From Patescibacteria group bacterium (GTDB lineage: Bacteria > Patescibacteriota > Patescibacteriia > JBAZBY01), in contig JBAZBY010000001.1 of NCBI GenBank assembly GCA_041671225.1, forward strand, positions 174,940 through 238,939: a stretch of DNA of 64,000 nucleotides. The letters run 5' to 3'. A program made the translations under genes and the position numbers. Within the stretch, counting starts at the first letter, position 1, and each line of letters begins with the position of its first letter. Below are positions 60,533 to 64,000 of the stretch, one piece after another. Below the pieces are notes generated by a model that worked only from the letters and a program-made list of their open reading frames with translations, searched no databases and was not told the DNA's origin.

Positions 60533-62629
60533 CTATGCGGAGATGTTGCGCGCTCCGCGGCGGTGCAGCACAAAAAAGACGCCGCCGATGGCGAGCATGA
60601 GCGCGGAAAGCACCAATGCGAGCATGGTCGTTGGTTTAATGGTAAAGGGCTCCTCTGCATGGAGTTCTGTTGTCGTTGCGGCAACGGGTGCCGTCTCAGC
60701 AGGAGACGCCTCATCAGTTGCGGCAAGCACCGCGCCCTTCTGCTCTACGATGTCATCAATGCTGCGCGGAAGAAATTCGTCGTCCAGAAAGAATCCGGTC
60801 ACGGTGATGCCATCCCCGACAAGAAGCGACGCGAGATCGATCCCCGTGCCGCTCTTCACGCGCACGGCAATTGGCCCGGCATCTGTGGCGAGCGTCATGA
60901 GCGTCCGCTGCTTCTTCTCCACCGTACCGCTCACGGTCTCCACGACAGACTCAGACGCCACTGCGTCACTCACCTCAACGCCGCCATCCCGCCCGAGATT
61001 CACCTTCACGCCACTCTGGTCCATGCCGATGACGCCGCGAACGGTCACCACATCATCAAGCGCAAGCTCCGGGAAACGATCCGTGCTGGAGTACACGCGC
61101 ACCAATGCATCGCCCTCGGCAATGTACAGCGTGTGGCTTGCGATCTGGCCCGGCAAAGCAATCACCACGCCAGAAACGGCGACCTTCTCGTTACGGTCCA
61201 GAGATGCAAGGTCAGCAATGCGGCGTGAGGCAAAGCCGTCAGTCTCCGGCGTGATGGCAGCATCCTCCGTTTCCGCATCGATTTTCTCAGACTCCTCATT
61301 TTCTTCGCCGCTCCATTGCCAATGCGTGGATGCTCCATCGCGGAGAAATATCTGATCCTCCGGGGCCGTGCCGAACTCCACGCCGTTCACCTTCTTCCCG
61401 AAGGGATCAATGAGATGGACAACATCCCCGGTATTGTTGAGCATGATGCGGCTCTCTGTGCGCATGATGCGCAGCGTTGCGCCGGACTTCAGCGGGGTAC
61501 TTGCTGCGAGCGTGAACGTCCTACTTCCATCACTCACGGACCATCCATAAAGGTCCACGGTCTTTGCGGCGAAATTCGTTATCTCAACATACTCGCCGGC
61601 AGTATCATCCCCCGGCGGATTCGGAAGCACGGCCGTCAACAGAACATGCGCTGACGTCATCGGTTCTTGGTTTTGGGATTGGGGTGCGGAGTCTTTTGGT
61701 GTTTTGTCGCTTGGTGAGGTATTCGTATTGCTGTTCGTGTTATCAGGCGGAGTTTCGCCGGACGGCGTCTCTCCATCATCTTGCGTAACCGGCGCATTGT
61801 TTTGCACAAAAACCTGAAGCGTCTGCGTTGCAGATGCGCGACCATCACTCACGGTGCAGGAAAGCAAAAATTCGCCTTCTCGTGCGAAGGTCCGTACAAA
61901 CGTTGCTCCGGTGCCGGATGCAGAACCATCCACACTCCAGGAAATAGCCAGCACATCGTTATCCGCATCTGTGGCTTCTGCAGTAAAAGTTGCTGATGTG
62001 CCGACGATCACCTCATCCGGACCCACGCACGCCACATCCGGCGCTTGGTTGGAATTCTCTACCTTTGGCGTTGCAAAAAACCCTTCCACGTCCGCATTGG
62101 CGCTTGCTGTATGCCATGCCTCCGCCGTATCCCCCGGCAGGTCAACGCGATGCCTCTCCATGGATGCCCAATTGCTTCCGCTTGCATACTCACCGGCGAA
62201 CGGAATGCCGATGCCTTCATCCGCAACATCCACCACTGCTCCACCCGCATCGTATAAGTGAAGCAGGAGCTTGGAATTTACGAGCGAGACGGCAGGATCC
62301 ACCACATCCGGCTCCACCATAAGCGCGCTGTTTGCATCCCCGTTCGCATAATTCGCGATAAGGAAGAAGCCGTGCGCCGGAATGGTCTTTCCCGGCAATA
62401 CGAGCATCTCCGTCTCCACGTCGTTGGAGAGCTTGGTGATGCGCCAACCGGAAAGATCGATGTCACTGTCCGTTGTATTGAGGAGCTCTATCCATTCATC
62501 CTGCGCGCTCGCAGGTGAACCCATCCACAGGAGTTCATTGATAATGACGTGAGAAGTTGTTGCCTGCGCAGGCAAAATCCAGACCAATAAAAACACCATC
62601 GCCACGAGAACAAGAATACGTACGTACAT
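60533..62629 (-). CDS. Cell-surface protein with two lamin-tail domains (LTD), a PKD-like domain and a C-terminal TM anchor
   Basis: LTD motifs HVIINELLWMGS..EWIELLNTTDSDIDLSGWRI and VLLTAVLPNP..EYVEITNF..VDLYGWSVSDG; PKD-like VACVGPDEVIVGTSATFTAEATD; C-terminal hydrophobic helix plus HRRGAR. Confidence 0.8.
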   Translation of the reverse strand: MYVRILVLVAMVFLLVWILPAQATTSHVIINELLWMGSPASAQDEWIELLNTTDSDIDLSGWRITKLSNDVETEMLVLPGKTIPAHGFFLIANYANGDANSALMVEPDVVDPAVSLVNSKLLLHLYDAGGAVVDVADEGIGIPFAGEYASGSNWASMERHRVDLPGDTAEAWHTASANADVEGFFATPKVENSNQAPDVACVGPDEVIVGTSATFTAEATDADNDVLAISWSVDGSASGTGATFVRTFAREGEFLLSCTVSDGRASATQTLQVFVQNNAPVTQDDGETPSGETPPDNTNSNTNTSPSDKTPKDSAPQSQNQEPMTSAHVLLTAVLPNPPGDDTAGEYVEITNFAAKTVDLYGWSVSDGSRTFTLAASTPLKSGATLRIMRTESRIMLNNTGDVVHLIDPFGKKVNGVEFGTAPEDQIFLRDGASTHWQWSGEENEESEKIDAETEDAAITPETDGFASRRIADLASLDRNEKVAVSGVVIALPGQIASHTLYIAEGDALVRVYSSTDRFPELALDDVVTVRGVIGMDQSGVKVNLGRDGGVEVSDAVASESVVETVSGTVEKKQRTLMTLATDAGPIAVRVKSGTGIDLASLLVGDGITVTGFFLDDEFLPRSIDDIVEQKGAVLAATDEASPAETAPVAATTTELHAEEPFTIKPTTMLALVLSALMLAIGGVFFVLHRRGARNISA

Positions 62630-62700
62630 AAAACGATGGCCACCAGTGCCACCGTATGTTCCCCGTTTCGCCGGGAAGGGTCTCTCTTTATAAAGTTTTA

Positions 62701-62720
62701 GTGGCCCCCGAAAGGGCCAC
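62701..62720. other. GC hairpin GTGGCCC-CCGAAA-GGGCCAC between prs and the LTD gene (no clear U-tract)
   Basis: Perfect 7-bp stem read from the sequence. Confidence 0.3.
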
Positions 62721-62859
62721 CAAAACAGGTCTCTACAGGCCAGTATAAAAAAACACCCTCGCGGTGTCAAGGGGGGAGTGAAGGCAGGTCAAGAGGAGTA
62801 TTGGGGGCCCGCCAGAAATGGGGGCCCCGCAGGGGTATGAAGAAATGGCCACCGAGTCG

Positions 62860-63864
62860 CTAGGCGTTCAACGAACCGCACATCGCGAGGTAGGAATCCT
62901 CCTCGAACAGCGCCGAGATGGAATCCTCGTCACCGCGAATCGCCCGGATAGCAAGTGCAAGGAGCTTGGCGACGGTACAGACCTTGAACTTCTCAGGAAG
63001 TTCCTCCGGACGATGGAGATAGATGGTATCCGTCACCAGAATCTCGGTCAGTGCCGCACACTCGTCCAGACGCTTCACGGCATCGCCGATGAGCTTCGCA
63101 TGCGTGACAACGACACGCACAGACAGCGCGCCGCGCTCAATCAACGCTTCAGCAGCCTTGATCAGCGAGCTTCCCGTAGCCGACTCGTCCTCCACGATGA
63201 AGCAGTGCCTGCCCTTCGGATCTCCCAGAACGCCACTGCTCGTGAGCGTGTCGCCTTCCCGTGCCTTGTGCACGATGATGAGCGGCGCGTCAAGACGCTT
63301 GGAGTACGAATTGATGATCTTGCCGCCGCCGATGTCCGCAGACGCGACCGAAAGCATGGGGAGTCCACGATTCCGAATCTCGCCAAGGAACACCGGACGA
63401 ACGTAGAGGTGATCACAGCGCACTCCCGGGCCTGGGAAAGACTGCTCCTGGGCAGCGTGCAGATCGAGGAACACGAGACGGTCAACGCCAGCCGTTGCGG
63501 CGAGATCGATCATCAGTTTCGAGGTAACCGCGACGCGTGACGTGTCCTTGCGATCCATCCGTGTCCCGAGCAGGTACGGAATGACCGCAATGACGCTGCT
63601 CGCCGAAGCATCACGTGCCGCACGCGCGAGCATGAACAGCTCGCCAGCGTTATCCCAACTGGACTTCGGCGTCGCGTTCGTTGGTTGAATGAGTACCACA
63701 TCGCGACCACGGACATTGTCCTCGAGCCGTGCGTATGGCTCGTTGTCCTTGAACGGCCTTACGTTTGCCGCGCCAAGCGTAACGCCGAGGTACCGACACA
63801 CCTCTAACGCAAGTGGCCTGTTCGCAGTTCCCGTGAAGATGCGCAGATCTGCATGGTTTTTCAA
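62860..63864 (-). CDS. prs: Ribose-phosphate pyrophosphokinase (PRPP synthetase), high-GC
   Basis: MKNHADLRIFTGTANRPLALEV...NVRGRDVVLIQPT and the PRPP-binding loop. The high-GC stretch continues to the window end. Confidence 0.93.
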   Translation of the reverse strand: MKNHADLRIFTGTANRPLALEVCRYLGVTLGAANVRPFKDNEPYARLEDNVRGRDVVLIQPTNATPKSSWDNAGELFMLARAARDASASSVIAVIPYLLGTRMDRKDTSRVAVTSKLMIDLAATAGVDRLVFLDLHAAQEQSFPGPGVRCDHLYVRPVFLGEIRNRGLPMLSVASADIGGGKIINSYSKRLDAPLIIVHKAREGDTLTSSGVLGDPKGRHCFIVEDESATGSSLIKAAEALIERGALSVRVVVTHAKLIGDAVKRLDECAALTEILVTDTIYLHRPEELPEKFKVCTVAKLLALAIRAIRGDEDSISALFEEDSYLAMCGSLNA

Positions 63865-64000
63865 GAGCGTCCCTCCTATGGAAACGAAACACCGGTACTA
63901 GAGCGCCCCCACCTTAACAGATACGCATGCATCGTCAACCGCCGCACCAATCGGAATGGTGATGGGCAGAAAAAATTGACCAAAAAGAGAAGGGTCCGTA

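Noticed and set aside
62701-62720. GTGGCCC/GGGCCAC hairpin as an intrinsic terminator for prs
   Set aside because: The stem is perfect but neither strand has a following U-tract, so the terminator function is uncertain. Reported only as a hairpin.

Overview
This 64 kb window is a dense, mostly housekeeping bacterial segment read with the standard genetic code; ORFs terminate normally at TGA. Read from the sequence, it contains groES-groEL (partial, with a CIRCE operator), uvrA, uvrC, uvrB, secG, an OppA-like substrate-binding protein, tRNA-Leu(CAG), RNase J, trpS, a membrane protein-pgm-murI operon, lgt, glyA, folD, a NUDIX hydrolase, ychF, rpsF-ssb-rpsR-efp, recA, a RodZ-like protein, ftsK, rpoC-rpoB, two giant surface proteins (an FG-GAP beta-propeller protein and a lamin-tail/PKD protein), a MurE-like ligase, tRNA-Arg(CCG), a FemAB transferase, ruvA, rpsT-holA, polA and prs. 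The gene content, the giant surface proteins and the lack of an rplKAJL cluster upstream of rpoB suggest a reduced-genome, possibly episymbiotic (CPR/Patescibacteria-like) organism; this is inference only. The most unusual feature is compositional. The backbone is roughly 45-50% GC by eye, and at least eight sharply bounded patches of roughly 60-66% GC are embedded in it. Each patch holds one gene or a small cassette, yet the flanking promoters and terminators look backbone-like. The patches carry secreted and lipoproteins, a GNAT, a cupin plus two STAS proteins, a Cys-rich zinc-ribbon pair, and all three nucleotide-metabolism genes in the window (MTA/purine nucleoside phosphorylase, purF, prs). 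The best candidates for an undescribed system are the high-GC lipoprotein-STAS-STAS-cupin operon (49.1-51.6 kb) with its operator palindrome, and the two-gene Cys-rich cassette (57.1-57.7 kb). Also notable are leaderless-type promoters at all three uvr genes and a terminator-like structured leader directly in front of rpsF. No CRISPR array, integrase, transposase or rRNA gene was found.
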